Part shown: positions 39,350 through 50,805 of the stretch, one piece after another
Numbering within the stretch: position 1 is the stretch's first letter
How the letters are laid out: each line of letters begins with the position of its first letter
Assembly (NCBI RefSeq): GCF_963921235.1
Contig: NC_086108.1
Coordinates: 51,338,001-51,402,000 of the forward strand
DNA: 64,000 nucleotides
From: Mobula hypostoma
Taxonomy: Eukaryota
Reading direction: 5' to 3'
Translations under genes and position numbers: made by a program
Notes under the pieces: model-generated
Databases searched by the model: none
The model's input: the letters and a program-made list of their open reading frames with translations, nothing else
Told to the model about the DNA's origin: nothing

Positions 39350-40102
39350 TTATTTTGAGGAGAAGTCGGGGCCGAGGAGACTCGATGCTCGTTCAACTGG
39401 CCCGGCCGCGATGTTAGATCAGTCTGGGTGCTGAGCTGATTTTGAAGATCTTGAGAGTGGCTTCAGGCTGGGTGGCAAATTCTGGGCCCTGAGCGAGTTG
39501 CTGGGCAGCGTGTTCTAGGTCCCGAGCTCTTCGCAGTAGCCAGGTCCTAGTGTGAGGTATGATCCTCTGTTTAGACAATTTAGACCCCGCCCAGGTTAGA
39601 GGTGAGAATCGATTTCACCTGCTTTCCGTGATGCTCACTCCCTCTCTTCAGAGCGCCAGAGTTTTTTGTTGTTCTGTTGTTTATTCAATTTAAATGCCGG
39701 CCCAAATAGACTGAAAAGGCAGAGATCCAAAGTGAGAACTGATTTTGCTCGCTCTCTCTGATGGTCACTCCTCTCTCCATGGCACTGATGCCATGAAAAC
39801 TACCCCTGCTCCTGTCCTCCGTGCCTGATAATATGATGGACTGATAAGCAAGGCTTTGGGCGTAAGCCAGGCTGCTCCCGCGTTCAGATCTGAGGACTCA
39901 ATTTCATTCAGAATGTTGTTGTTCACTTCAGTAGTTTGCATGATTTGTGTTTTTTCCTTTCTCTTGCATGTCAAATCTTTTTTTTTATTTATTTGGGTTC
40001 TTTCGGGTTTCTTGCTTTGTGGCTACCTGTAAGCAAACAAATCTCAAGTTTGTATAATTTATACATTCTTTGATAATAAATGTACTTTGAATCTTTGAAT
40101 CT
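39350..40102 (+). mobile_element. Non-autonomous retroposon with GC/CpG-richer 5' part and LINE-type tail
   Basis: Ends gataataaatgtactttgaatctttgaatc, the same tail type as other LINE/SINE ends in the window; no coding similarity seen. Confidence 0.5.
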
Positions 40103-41099
40103 ATTCCAGAACTCAAATTATTCATAGTTCTTGTATTGCAATTGGCAAACTGAACTCTGACCGGAACCAAGCATATACCAGCTTTGGCTTTAAATTGTCA
40201 CTTTTAATCATTACTATTTGGTTTTGAAATACTTTTTCTTACTATATATTGATTCAGTGAACAGATTAAAGCAAAAAGAATGATAAGTGCAGCTTATCAG
40301 AACGTCCCCAAAGTCATTGTCTTCATTTAAAAATAACAAGAAACTATTTTATTTCTTACATCTATTATTGGAAGGTTTTTTGAGTCCTTCAATCCTCGAA
40401 AGGGGAAGAAATTCATCTTCTGTTTGTTGCAACAAACATACAATCTCATGGCGGCTAAGTATAGTTCAATTCTGTTTGTCAATGAAAGATTGTTATATAA
40501 CTTCTGGAAATCTGCCTCTTGGTACTGTCATAATCTGGGCAGTGTTGGTCAGCAGGTACAGAGGCATTCAGTTAAGCCTTGTTGAAAGGCAGCAGTTAAT
40601 GATCAATGGGAGGAACTAATTGAACATTTCTCATCCCCTTACTACCTGGTAACTTTCTGGATGCAGAATGGTAATGTTTGCATGACAATCTTTGCAGAAG
40701 TAATTGATTGTAAGTGTAAATCTTCCATTCAGAGCATGGTTGGAGGTGGTATAGGCTCAAATATTAAAGTTGAATGTTAACATGCTTTCACCTCTCCACT
40801 TGCCCCCTAAAAGACTTATTTAATCAGTTCTACTCCCTTAGACAACCCCATCATCCCGTAATGAGGAATGGGTACAGTCTTGTCAGTCCCAGTAAGACCA
40901 TAAGCCAGCACTACCCTTTCTAGTGGGCGATGCATAAACAAACAAATACAACAGTATAGTCTATGCCTAGCACAGTTACATAGAAACACGAGTGTCTTTT
41001 TTTACTCATTTCAGCTCTTTTCAAAGTACTGTTGTTATGAGGCATTGATATCTAAAGCAAATGGAGATCATCACAAAATGCAATGCATCGATATCTGGC

Positions 41100-41900
41100 A
41101 AGTATTCTTCTTCTGCACTCCCTGGGATGGAGAATGACTTACTTCCACCCTATTTCTATTGATTGAGGGGCTCAATTGGAGCTTACAGATTTTGCCACAG
41201 ATGGGGCAAAAATTACTTGACAGAGCAGACAAATAGTTGGGAGCTAGTGCACTTATTCCTCTCTTTATGTGGGACTTCTATGTGCTTCTATTGCTTGGAT
41301 TCAAAGTTCTCAGCACCATCCAGAATGCATTTTCCTGACTTAGGATGGTCATGTGCCAGAGAGTCCTAAAAATTCCAAAAATTCCTGAAAAAAATCCTAT
41401 TTTTTCAAGGAAGCTTTATGACCATTTTTGAGCATTATTGTATGCTCCTCTTGTCCACCCTATTAAATCTTCTGGTGACAGAGCAGGAATAGAGTATCTG
41501 TTTCAGAAGTCTGGTGTTGGGCATGTGAATGACATGGCCTGCCCAATGGAACTGACTGAGTGTAATTAAGGTGTCAGAGCTGGGAATGTTGGTGTAGGAG
41601 AATTTAATGTTGATTTTGTAAAAGCAGCATTAGTGGCATCTCTCCAATGCCTTAAGGAGCCTGCTACAGATATTTCAAGTCTCAGAAGTATACAGGAGGG
41701 TTGGGAAGACTGCTGCATACTAGATTTGAGCTTTTGAATTTCAAACATCTTTTTCCTCAGATGGCCAAAAGCAGTGCTGGCACACTGAAGCCAATGGTGC
41801 ATTTAATTATTGAGACCAACCTGCACCAAGAGCTCGCTACCAAAATAAGTGAATTAGTTCATGTATTGTGGACCTTTATTATGTGGTGCAACAGGACAGT
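41100..41900 (-). mobile_element. Decayed RTE LINE 3' region
   Basis: HHWLQCASTAFGHLRKKMFE, similar to RTE HRLQCASAAFGRLRKRVFE; later QFHWAGHVIHMPNTRLLKQ. Confidence 0.75.
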
Positions 41901-42109
41901 AAATGACCTTGTTCTTCAAATGTCGTATGTAAGGCCCATCCGCTCATATGGTCTAGTGAATGGTTTGATTATAATTTGAAAATTGATCTCTAAATGCATG
42001 TAAATACATGCTACCACACTGCATTGAAGTCTGGGGTACCTTTGGTTCTGGGACAGAGATGCCACAGGCTGAACAATATTTCATTTAACAATTTTCATTT
42101 CTCCTTTAG

Positions 42110-42840
42110 ATTAGTTCCACTCCAGCTGGGAACTAGAGAAGAAAACAGCAACAGCAGACACATTAACACAGGGAAATCTAGGTTGAGCTCTCAAGGACTC
42201 CACAAAGATAGCTCTTCTTAGACAGCATCTCACGGGTAACTTGATGATTCCCAGCCAACATGAGCTGCAGAGGCTGTACAGTGCCTGAACTACTCTGAAG
42301 TCCACTGCAATCACTGCTTGTGAAGAGAGTTGGTGTCTCTGCTTCAAAAAAAAACAGGAACAGTTTGAGAATGGCCAGAAGATTCAGGAGTTAGCTAAAT
42401 GCAAACACAAGTTCTTCCTGGACTGGAAGCCCTATCAAGCCTCAAGAGCAAAGGGGAAGGTTCACAGGAATCTGCATGTCTGTGTATTGGAGAAGTACTG
42501 TGTTCTAATGAATGGGTTGGAAAGAGCAGAGAGATTGATCAACTTGTTGACCACCACAGCATGTCCAGATTCTTCTGCAATATAAAGGTCAACATTGGCA
42601 GAAGTACTAAAGTCCCTACCCCACTCACAGCCAAGAAAAGAAGAGTTCTTATCAAGTGTGGAGGCAGAGTCAGTACTTACTGGGAGGCATACTTTGAAGA
42701 GTACTTGATATGATTGCCATTGATCCATTCTACAACACGTGATCTAGTTTAGCCTTTCCACAAAGCGAAAAGGGCATGTGCAAATTTAACAAGGCCTTGA
42801 AAACAGACTGATTCCATGCCAAGATTCTAAACTTGGCAGT
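42110..42840 (+). mobile_element. Decayed RTE LINE, endonuclease-RT linker region
   Basis: ITACEES..KQEQFENGQKIQEL, EIDQLVDHHSMSRFF, PTPLTAKK, WEAYFEEYLI; resembles RTE KHQDWFDEN...RWKEHFEDLLN. Confidence 0.7.
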
Positions 42841-43119
42841 GTGAAAAGTTAGTCAGAAACTTAAAAATTTAGGGCTGCCAGAAGGCAGCAACTGCTAGGT
42901 GCAATCTGGTGTCAGATTGGTCTCCGGCATTGTTGTAGTTGCAGACAACACTACAACTTTCTCAAAATGATACCATCTTTCATTTATTACCATGTTTACT
43001 ATTTATGATAGTTTTGCCACAGAGCAGATCTGCTGTAACATATAATGAACAATCATTCAACTCAATTAGTCCCTCATTTTTGATTCTTGACAATCGACCT
43101 ACATGAGGCTAATCCATAA

Positions 43120-44520
43120 AAGACCATAAGAGCATAAGACATGAGGAGCAGAATTAGTCCATTTAGACCATTGAGTCTGCTCCGCCATTTGTTCATGACT
43201 GATTTATTTTCTCTCTCAACCCCATTGTCCTGTCTTCACACTGTAACTTTTGACATTTTTACTAATTGAGAAGCAATCAACCTCCACTTTAAATATACCC
43301 AATAACTTGGTTTCCAGGGCTGCCTATGGCTATGAATTCCATGGATTCACTATCCTAGGCTAAAGAAATGCCTCATCATTTCTGTTCAAAAGGGATTATC
43401 TTTATTATGAAGCTGTACACTCTGGTCCTATAACCTCCCACTATTGAAAACATTCTTTCCATATCCACTATATTCAGTCCTTTCCATATTCAATAGGTTT
43501 CAATGATTCCCCTCTCATTCTTCTGAACACCAGCAAGTACAGACCTAGAGCCATTAAACACTCCTCATATATAACTTCTTCATTCCTAGGATCATTCTCA
43601 TAATCCTCCTCTGGATCGTCTTCAATGCCAGCACATTATTCCTTAGATATGGGACCTCAAACTTCACAATACTCCAAATATCATCTGTCCAATACCTTAT
43701 TACATCCTTCCTTTTATATTCAAGTCCTCTTGAAATGAATGCAAGCATTGCATTTGCCTTCTATACTATGGACTCAACCTGGAAGTTAATCTTGAGGCAA
43801 TCCTTCACTGAGATTTCTAAATCCTTTTGCACTTCCAATTTTCTCCCCATTTAGAAAATAATTAATGCCTTTTTTCCATTTAGAAAAATGCATGACCATA
43901 CACTTCCCTCCGCTGTATTCTAGTTTCCACTTCTTTGCCGATTATCCTAATCTGTCCATGTCCTTTTGCAGACTCCTTGCTTCCTCAATACTATGTGCCC
44001 CTCCACCTATAATTGTATCATCCATAAGCTTGGACACAATGGCGTCAATTTCATCAGCCAATCATTAACATATACAGTAACATGAAAAGTAGTGGATCCA
44101 ATGCCAACCCCTGCAGAACATCACTTGTCACTGACAATCAACCACAAAAGGATTCCTTATTTAAACTCTCTGCATTCTGCCAGTAAACCCATCTTCTGTC
44201 AATGCTAGTGCCTTCCTACAACACTTAAACATCTTTTCAAGTCTTCCATAAGCATTCCAGAATCAATTGATTCTTGAAAGACCACTACCAATGCCTCCAC
44301 AGTCTCTACAGATACCTCTTTCAGAACGCTGAGGTGTAGTCCATCTGGTCCAAGTGACTTTTCTGCTTCCGAAGTATCTTCTCCTTAGTAATAGTGACTA
44401 CACTCACTTCTTCCCCTGACTTTCTTGAACTTCTGGCATGTTTCTGGTATATCTGATTGTGAATACTGATGTAGAGTACTTATTCAGTTTGTCAACTATT
44501 TCTTTATTCCACATTACTAC
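43120..44520 (-). mobile_element. Decayed, internally deleted CR1
   Basis: agaccataagagcataagac tail; MLAFISRGLEYKRKDV; KEIVDKLNKYSTSVFT; deletion near 44220. Confidence 0.8.
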
Positions 44521-44889
44521 TTCTGCAGTGACACTTTTCAGTGGTTGAATGCTGACATTGGTTATTATAGTTACATCAAGAAACATAGAAACATAGATAC
44601 TGGTCCTTTTAAACAAAATGTTCTAAAAATTTGGCTGATAATGTCAACACCCATTTCTTTGACCATTTCTACTTAACCAGCAGAGTGGTCTGATTTTCAG
44701 CTCCAGAGGAAGTTCAGAGACTTCCAAAGTATTATATTCTAGGCTGGTAAGTAGATTTCCTTCTCTAAGGTATATGTTGGAAAATACTGGGTTTTGACAG
44801 TCAATGTAGAACTTCCTGGCCATACATGTTACTTTGGACAACAAATATTTTGCTTCCTGAATGCTTCTGGGCTGCTGAACATGAAGATC

Positions 44890-46590
44890 ATCATGAAATT
44901 TCCCTATCACACCCCATCTTTTAAAAAATAAGCCCATATGTGTTATTTCAATTCTAAACTAAGTCAATTAAAATGTTGCCCACAATGTAAGCTGAAATGT
45001 TTCCAGGCAAGCCCGGGTGTGCTTAGGCAGAGCAGAAGCTGCAGCATGGCAGGACAGGTTTTAGAAAGGCTATAAATGTCTATGATGGATTTTGATATTT
45101 GAGACAGATGTTTCCCAGGATAACTGATGCCAAGATTAAGGAAGGCATTTTTGTTGGTCCACAAATTAAACAGATCATCAATGGCGGGCAATTCGAAGAA
45201 CTTCTAGTTCTTCACAATTCAGAAAAAATCACATGGAAGGCATTCAAGTATGTTGTTGAAAATTTTCTTGGCAGCTACAGAGGTCTAAACTACATGCAGC
45301 TGGTTGACAACATGCGTCAAGCATACAAAACCATGAACTACAATAAGTCACTAAAGATTCATTTTCTTCATTTGCATTTCGACTACCTCCCTGCAAAGCT
45401 TGGTGCTGTCAGTGACTAGCATGATGAAAGGTTTTACCAGGACATTGCTGTCATGGAGAAACTGTATCAGGGCAACTGGAATCCATCAATGCTGGCTGAT
45501 TATTGTTCGACACTGAAGCGAGAAATCTCAGAGTACAAATGAAAATCATCAACAAAATGTTTTAACTTAGTTGAACTATTGCAAAGCATCAGCAACATTA
45601 TGCAATTAAATGCATTCTATTAAATAAAAGCTAATTTCTTGTTTCTCTTGTGTACATACATCTACTGATGCTTCTGGACACATCTTCAGTGATGTTCCTG
45701 GAATCATTGGGTGTTTCAGGTCTTTCAACATCATACAACCTCCTCCAGGTGACCCAGCCAGGGCTGATCAGACCCCAGCTTGTGTCCAGGTGGCTAGCTA
45801 CTTATGACTCCATGGCTCCCCTCTTTTGAGCCACAGCCATCTTGAGGCCCTCTCTACCACATCGGTGGTACTGCGGATGGCTCTCCTCTTCCTCTCTCCC
45901 TCGATGCCCAAATTGCTGAAGGCTCTAGCTAAGGAATGGGCTGCGAATCCCCTACAACCAACCTCCACTGGGCGATACTGACAATAATTGCTGTTACGGC
46001 TTGCAGCTTCCTATCAACCCCTCCCTTCGCCGTTGCCTCCAGAATTTGGTTAACATCTTCATCAAACTGCCTGCACAGTAAAGTCATGTTAGCTGCAGGC
46101 CATTTGATCCACCTCCTGTTAGATGTCATGTTGGAGGGATTAGTTTGAAATACTTGGAGGTTCCAGGCACCATGGGGTGACTCCGGGCCTGGCACCTCCT
46201 TCGTCTCACCAGGTTGGACACCTGCGCGTTGTGCTGCTCCTGCTCCCGCCAAACACTTCATCCTCGCTTGGTGGATCTTCAAGCCACGATCGTTCTTGCA
46301 GATTTTGCCACATGCACACTGCTTCCTCATCGTCATTTGTTCATTGCCTGGGTCTAGTGTCATTATGTCCATCCGACTGGGGTGCTCATCCTCCCCACCC
46401 ACCTCTCGGGCGCCCCTGGGGGTACCTTTCTCTTAGATTCATCGTAGCTTTTGTGGGGGGTCCTCCTCTCAGAGGACACAGATTCCTATGTGATACAAGT
46501 AGTCTGAAATTATATTCGTATTCAGCTTCAAGTGGTGTATCATAAACAAAACATCATTCTGAGGAAGCAACATCTTTGAAAAAAAAATGA
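44890..46590 (+). mobile_element. Chapaev3-like DNA transposon remnant (transposase C-terminus), interrupted at 45648-46481
   Basis: FPRITDAKIKEGIFVGPQI..SLKIHFLHLHFDYLP..LGAVSD*HDERFYQDI..YQGNWNPSMLADYC; superfamily name from recalled motifs; 3' non-coding part appears to resume at 46482. Confidence 0.7.
45648..46481 (-). mobile_element. Internally deleted HERO/NeSL-type (restriction-like endonuclease) non-LTR retroposon
   Basis: N-terminal zinc finger CACGKICKNDRGLKIHQARMKC and IKWPAAN..FDEDV joined near 45971 to C-terminal PVEVGCRGFAA..ERASRWLWLKR and 3' UTR; no RT. Confidence 0.8.
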
Positions 46591-46662
46591 TCAATGTTAT
46601 TTTGACTTATGTTTTCTGGATAATTAGTCCTGGTTTTGAATTACAGGGCCATTAATCTAAGC

Positions 46663-46741
46663 CAGGTGTTCCCTCCCTTTTGTATGTCATGGACCAATAC
46701 CATTAAGCCAAATTCCATGGACCCCAGCTTGGGAACCCCTG
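46663..46741. mobile_element. About 80-bp hAT-type MITE
   Basis: Ends CAGGTGTTCCC / GGGAACCCCTG; degenerate 8-bp TSD ATCTAAGC / GACTAAGC; related copy in opposite orientation at 62546. Confidence 0.75.
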
Positions 46742-47414
46742 GACTAAGCATTGAACTAACATACATAAAATTATTTTTTTCCAGCAATATTGATTTCTTA
46801 TGTTTGTTCTTCTTTCAGAGAAAATTAAATCACAAAGAATAGACCTCAGAGAAGGAGTGCTGAGTAATTACTGGCCCTTCTTGAGCCATACGCATGTAGG
46901 TTTTGACTTAAGTTCTTATTCAATACTTTTAATTGTGGTGCTTTCAACATGCACATAAATATGTAGTAGAATACATAATTGAATGTGTAGATAGTTGTCC
47001 CACCCCATGCCAACAATTGCCATGCTATTTTTGTGGACTTATCCTGTATTTTGTTTTGTTCTATGACAAACACCCATTTGATTAAGATCTGAAAGGACTC
47101 CAATGTCATTGATTTTGAAGAAAATCTACTTTCTAAACTCAGCCTCTATGCCTTTATATGTTAAGAAACAGCAAACAGCTCCTAGCACTGAGTTGAGTGA
47201 AGTTATGTTTTCAGCCTCCTACTAAATATTTACCAGTTAACATAAACCTAAGTTCCTTCACTTCGAGCCACAATGCGAAGGCAAGTAGGTCCTTACTATT
47301 CACCCCGTCAAGTCATCTCATAGCTTTTTGTATTACTGTTAAATCTTCTATCAGACTTCTTTGTTCCAAAGGAAGTCACCCCACATTGACAATGTCTTCT
47401 CATAAGTATAATTC

Positions 47415-49330
47415 AGTGAATCAAGCTGAATCAGAATTGTCAGTGACATACATCATGAAATTTGTTGTTTTTGTGGCAGCAGTACAGTGCAAGACACACA
47501 AAATGACTACAGAACACAGAACAGGAACAGGCCCTTTGGCCCACAATGTTGTTGCGAAGAACATATCAAAAACACCCAAACATTAATCCCTCGTACCTAC
47601 ACAATGTCCATATCCCTCCATCTTCTGCACATTCATGTGCCTATCTAAACATCTCTTAAAGCCCCTAATGTATTTGCCTCCACCACAATACCAGGCAGCA
47701 CTTTCCAGGCATCCACCATTCTCTGAGTAAAAAACTTACCCCTCACATCCCCTTTGAACCTACCCCCTCTCACTTTAAATGTATGCCCTCTGGTATTAGA
47801 CATTTCAACCCTGGGAAAAAGATACTCCCTATCTACTCTATCCATGCCTCTCATAATATTAGAAATCTCTTTGAGATCTTCCCTCAGCCTCCGCCACTCG
47901 AAAGAAAACGACCTGAGTTTATGCAGCCTCTCATGATAACCAGTCAGCACCCTGATCAACCCCTTCTCTACCCTCTCCAAAGCCTCAACATTCTGACTAT
48001 AGTGGGGCATCCAGAATATCCAATACTCCAGTTGTGGCCTAATAAGAGTTTTATAAAGTTGGAACATAGTCTCTTGACTTTTGAACTCAATGCCTCAATT
48101 ATTAAAAGAAAGGCATGGAGTTCAAAAGTTATTGTAGCTATGTTACAATAAAAATAGAAGAAACACACAGTGCAACAGAGGAATATTTGCTTTTGAGTTG
48201 ATGGGCTAAAAAAAAGAAGCTGTTCCTAAAATGTCGGGTCTGCATCTTCAGGCTCCTGTATCTCCTCCCTTATGGTAGCAATGAGAAGAAGACATTTCCC
48301 AGGTGCTGAGGGTCCTTAATGATGGATGCTATCTTCTTGAAGCACCGCCTTTTGAAGATGTCCTCAATGGTGGGGAGGCTTGTGCCTGTGATGTAGCTGG
48401 CTGGGTCTACAGCCCTCTGCAGCTGCTTTCGATCCTATGGATAGCAGGCAGTGATGAAACCAGTTGGAAAGCTCTCCATGGTACATATTTAGAAATTTGC
48501 TAGAGTCTTTGGTGACATACCAGATCTCCTCTATATCCCTAATGAAGTATAGCTACTAGCGTGCCTTCTTTGTCATTGCTTCAGTATGTTGGGCCCAGGA
48601 TAGATATTCATGGATGTTGATATCAAGGAACTTGAAGCTGCACACCCTTTCTATTGAGGACTGGCAAGTATTCTCCTGACATCCCCTTCTTCTAGTCCTT
48701 CTAATCAGTTCCTTGGTCTTTTAGATATTGGGGGTAATTTTTTTTTTTGTAACACCACTCAATCAACCAATCTACCTCACTCCTGCACACCTTCTGTTGC
48801 CAACTGATATTCTGGCTCTGAACAACAGAGGCATCATCAGGGTGGCTGTGCCTAGTCACACAGTCAGGAGTGTAGAGAGAGTGGAGCAGTTGGCTAAGCA
48901 CACATCCTTGAGGTGTGCCTATGTCACGAGGAGGTGTTATTTCTGATCTAAACATACTGTGTTTCCTGATGAGGAAGTTAAGGATCTGGTTGCAGAGGCC
49001 CAGGTTTTGAAGCTTTTGACTGGTACTGAGGGGATGACAGTGCTGAACGCCAAGCAGTAATCAATAAACAGCAGCCTGATGTGGGAATCGCTGCTGTTCA
49101 GCAAGTCCAAGGCTGAGTCGAGAGCCAGTGAGATTGCATCTGCTGTAGACTGGTTGTGGCAGGTCATTGCTCAGGTAGGAGTTAATTCTAGCCATGACTA
49201 ACTTCTCAAGGCACTTCATTACAGTAGGTGAGAGTGCTGCTCTGTGACATTCATCATGGCTGCTCACCCTGCCCCTTTTGCATATCCGTATGATTGACGC
49301 ACTTTAGAAGCAGTTGGGAATCTCCGACTG
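47415..49330 (-). mobile_element. Decayed Rex/Babar LINE interrupted by a CR1 3' end
   Basis: ALSPTVMKCLEKLVMARI, STADAISLAL, LFIDYCLAFSTV, GTPQGCVLS..LYTPDCV. Confidence 0.8.
47511..48095 (-). mobile_element. CR1 3' end
   Basis: ORF 47645-48067 (LYKTLIRPQLEY..TRGHTFKVRGGRFKGDVRGKFFTQR); tail agaacacagaacagg. Confidence 0.88.
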
Positions 49331-49968
49331 TACTCAGAAGTCTCTCATCTGCTTTTCTTCTCATTTCTTAGCATCTTGCATGTGTCCTATTGCCTTACTT
49401 GCCCTCCACGTACGCTCATGCTGCACTTCTCCAAAATGATTTAGTTACCTTTTTTTTGCATCTAATTAATTAATCCATTAATATCTTCCTCCCATATAGA
49501 ATGTTCTTCCTCATTAGCAACCAAGACGGCCAATTTGGATATTGTCAGCAAACCTATTCATCATGACCTCTGGATTTCAGTCCAAAACTTTAATACTCGC
49601 ATCAGAAAAGATTCCGCTTTTGTGTGGAGTTGCATGGAACTCCACTATGTATTGCTTTTGAGTCACTAAAGTTGGCAATGACTATCATGACCTTTTGCTT
49701 TAGAGTACGGAGTCCATTTTTAATCCAACTTGCTACTTGAGTAATCTGGCATTTTGCTATCTCTGAGGGAGTTAGGTGGGGTTTGGAGCAGAGTATGTGA
49801 CCTGGAGGTCAAGAAACGTGGAGACGGTTGGGGAGGTGGGGTGCAGGCCCATGATCGACTCCATTTCTTGCTGATCTTGCTGATTAAAACATCGAGTAAG
49901 AGTGAAATCAACGAGAATGTGAGCGGAAGGCCATCAGATGTTCAGTACCGTCTGCCAGCGTGTGATTG

Positions 49969-49969
49969 A

Positions 49970-50027
<58 letters not shown>

Positions 50028-50038
50028 CCCCCCCCCCC
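49969..50038. repeat. (CT)n microsatellite followed by a C run
   Basis: Directly visible. Confidence 0.95.
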
Positions 50039-50127
50039 TTACTTACTGCTACTGGAGGAAGGTGGTTGCGATTAACTAATCTCTCCCTCCCTGTCACTGC
50101 CAGAGTCTTGGGTCTTGGGCAAGGTTC

Positions 50128-50805
50128 GCTCCCGATGCGGCCTTCTATATATTGGTGAGATCCAACCCAGGCTGGGAGACTGTTTCGCTGAACACCTACG
50201 CTCTGTCTGCCAGAGAAAGCAGGATCTCCCAGTGGCCACACATTTTAATTCCACGTCCCATTCCCATTCTGACATGTCTATCCACGGCCTCCTCTGCTGT
50301 CAAGAGGAAGCCACACTCAGGTTGGAGGAACAACACCTTATATTCTGTCTGGGTAGCCTCCAACCTGATGGCATGAACATTGACCTCTCTAACTTCCGTT
50401 AATGCCCCACCTCCCCTTCATACCCCATCTCTTATTTATTTATTTATTCCCCCTGTTTTTCTCTCTTTTTTCTCCCTCTGCCCCTCTCACTGTAACTCAT
50501 TGCCCATCCTCTGGGCTCGCCTCCCCCTTTCTTTCTCCCTAGGAGTCCCGTCCTATGATCCTCTCCCTTCTCCAGCCTCATATCCCTTTTGCCAATCAAC
50601 TTCCCAGCTCTTAGCTCCATTCCTCCCCCTCCTGTCTTCTCCTATCATTTCAGATCTCCTCCTGCCCCTCCCACTTTCAAATCTCTTACTATCTCTTCTT
50701 TCAGTCAGTCCTGACGAAGGGTCTCGGCCCAAAACGTTGACTGTAGCTCTTCCTATAGGTGCTACCTGGCCTGCTGCGTTCACCAGCATTTTTTGTGTGT
50801 GTTGC
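50128..50805 (+). mobile_element. Penelope-like element 3' part (GIY-YIG plus terminal repeat)
   Basis: RCGLLYIGE..RLGDCFAEHLRSV..VATHFNS..LEEQHLIF..QPDGMNID; highly similar to 23380-24020. Confidence 0.92.
50705..50743 (+). ncRNA. Minimal hammerhead-ribozyme motif (mutated)
   Basis: CAGTC-CTGACGA-AGGGTCTCGGCCC-AAAA-CGTT-GACTG: intact CUGAnGA box and stems, but GAAA is AAAA and GTC is GTT. Confidence 0.65.

Noticed and set aside
42110..42221. Plus-strand exon after a strong acceptor (ttttcatttctcctttag)
   Set aside because: The downstream sequence is decayed RTE ORF2
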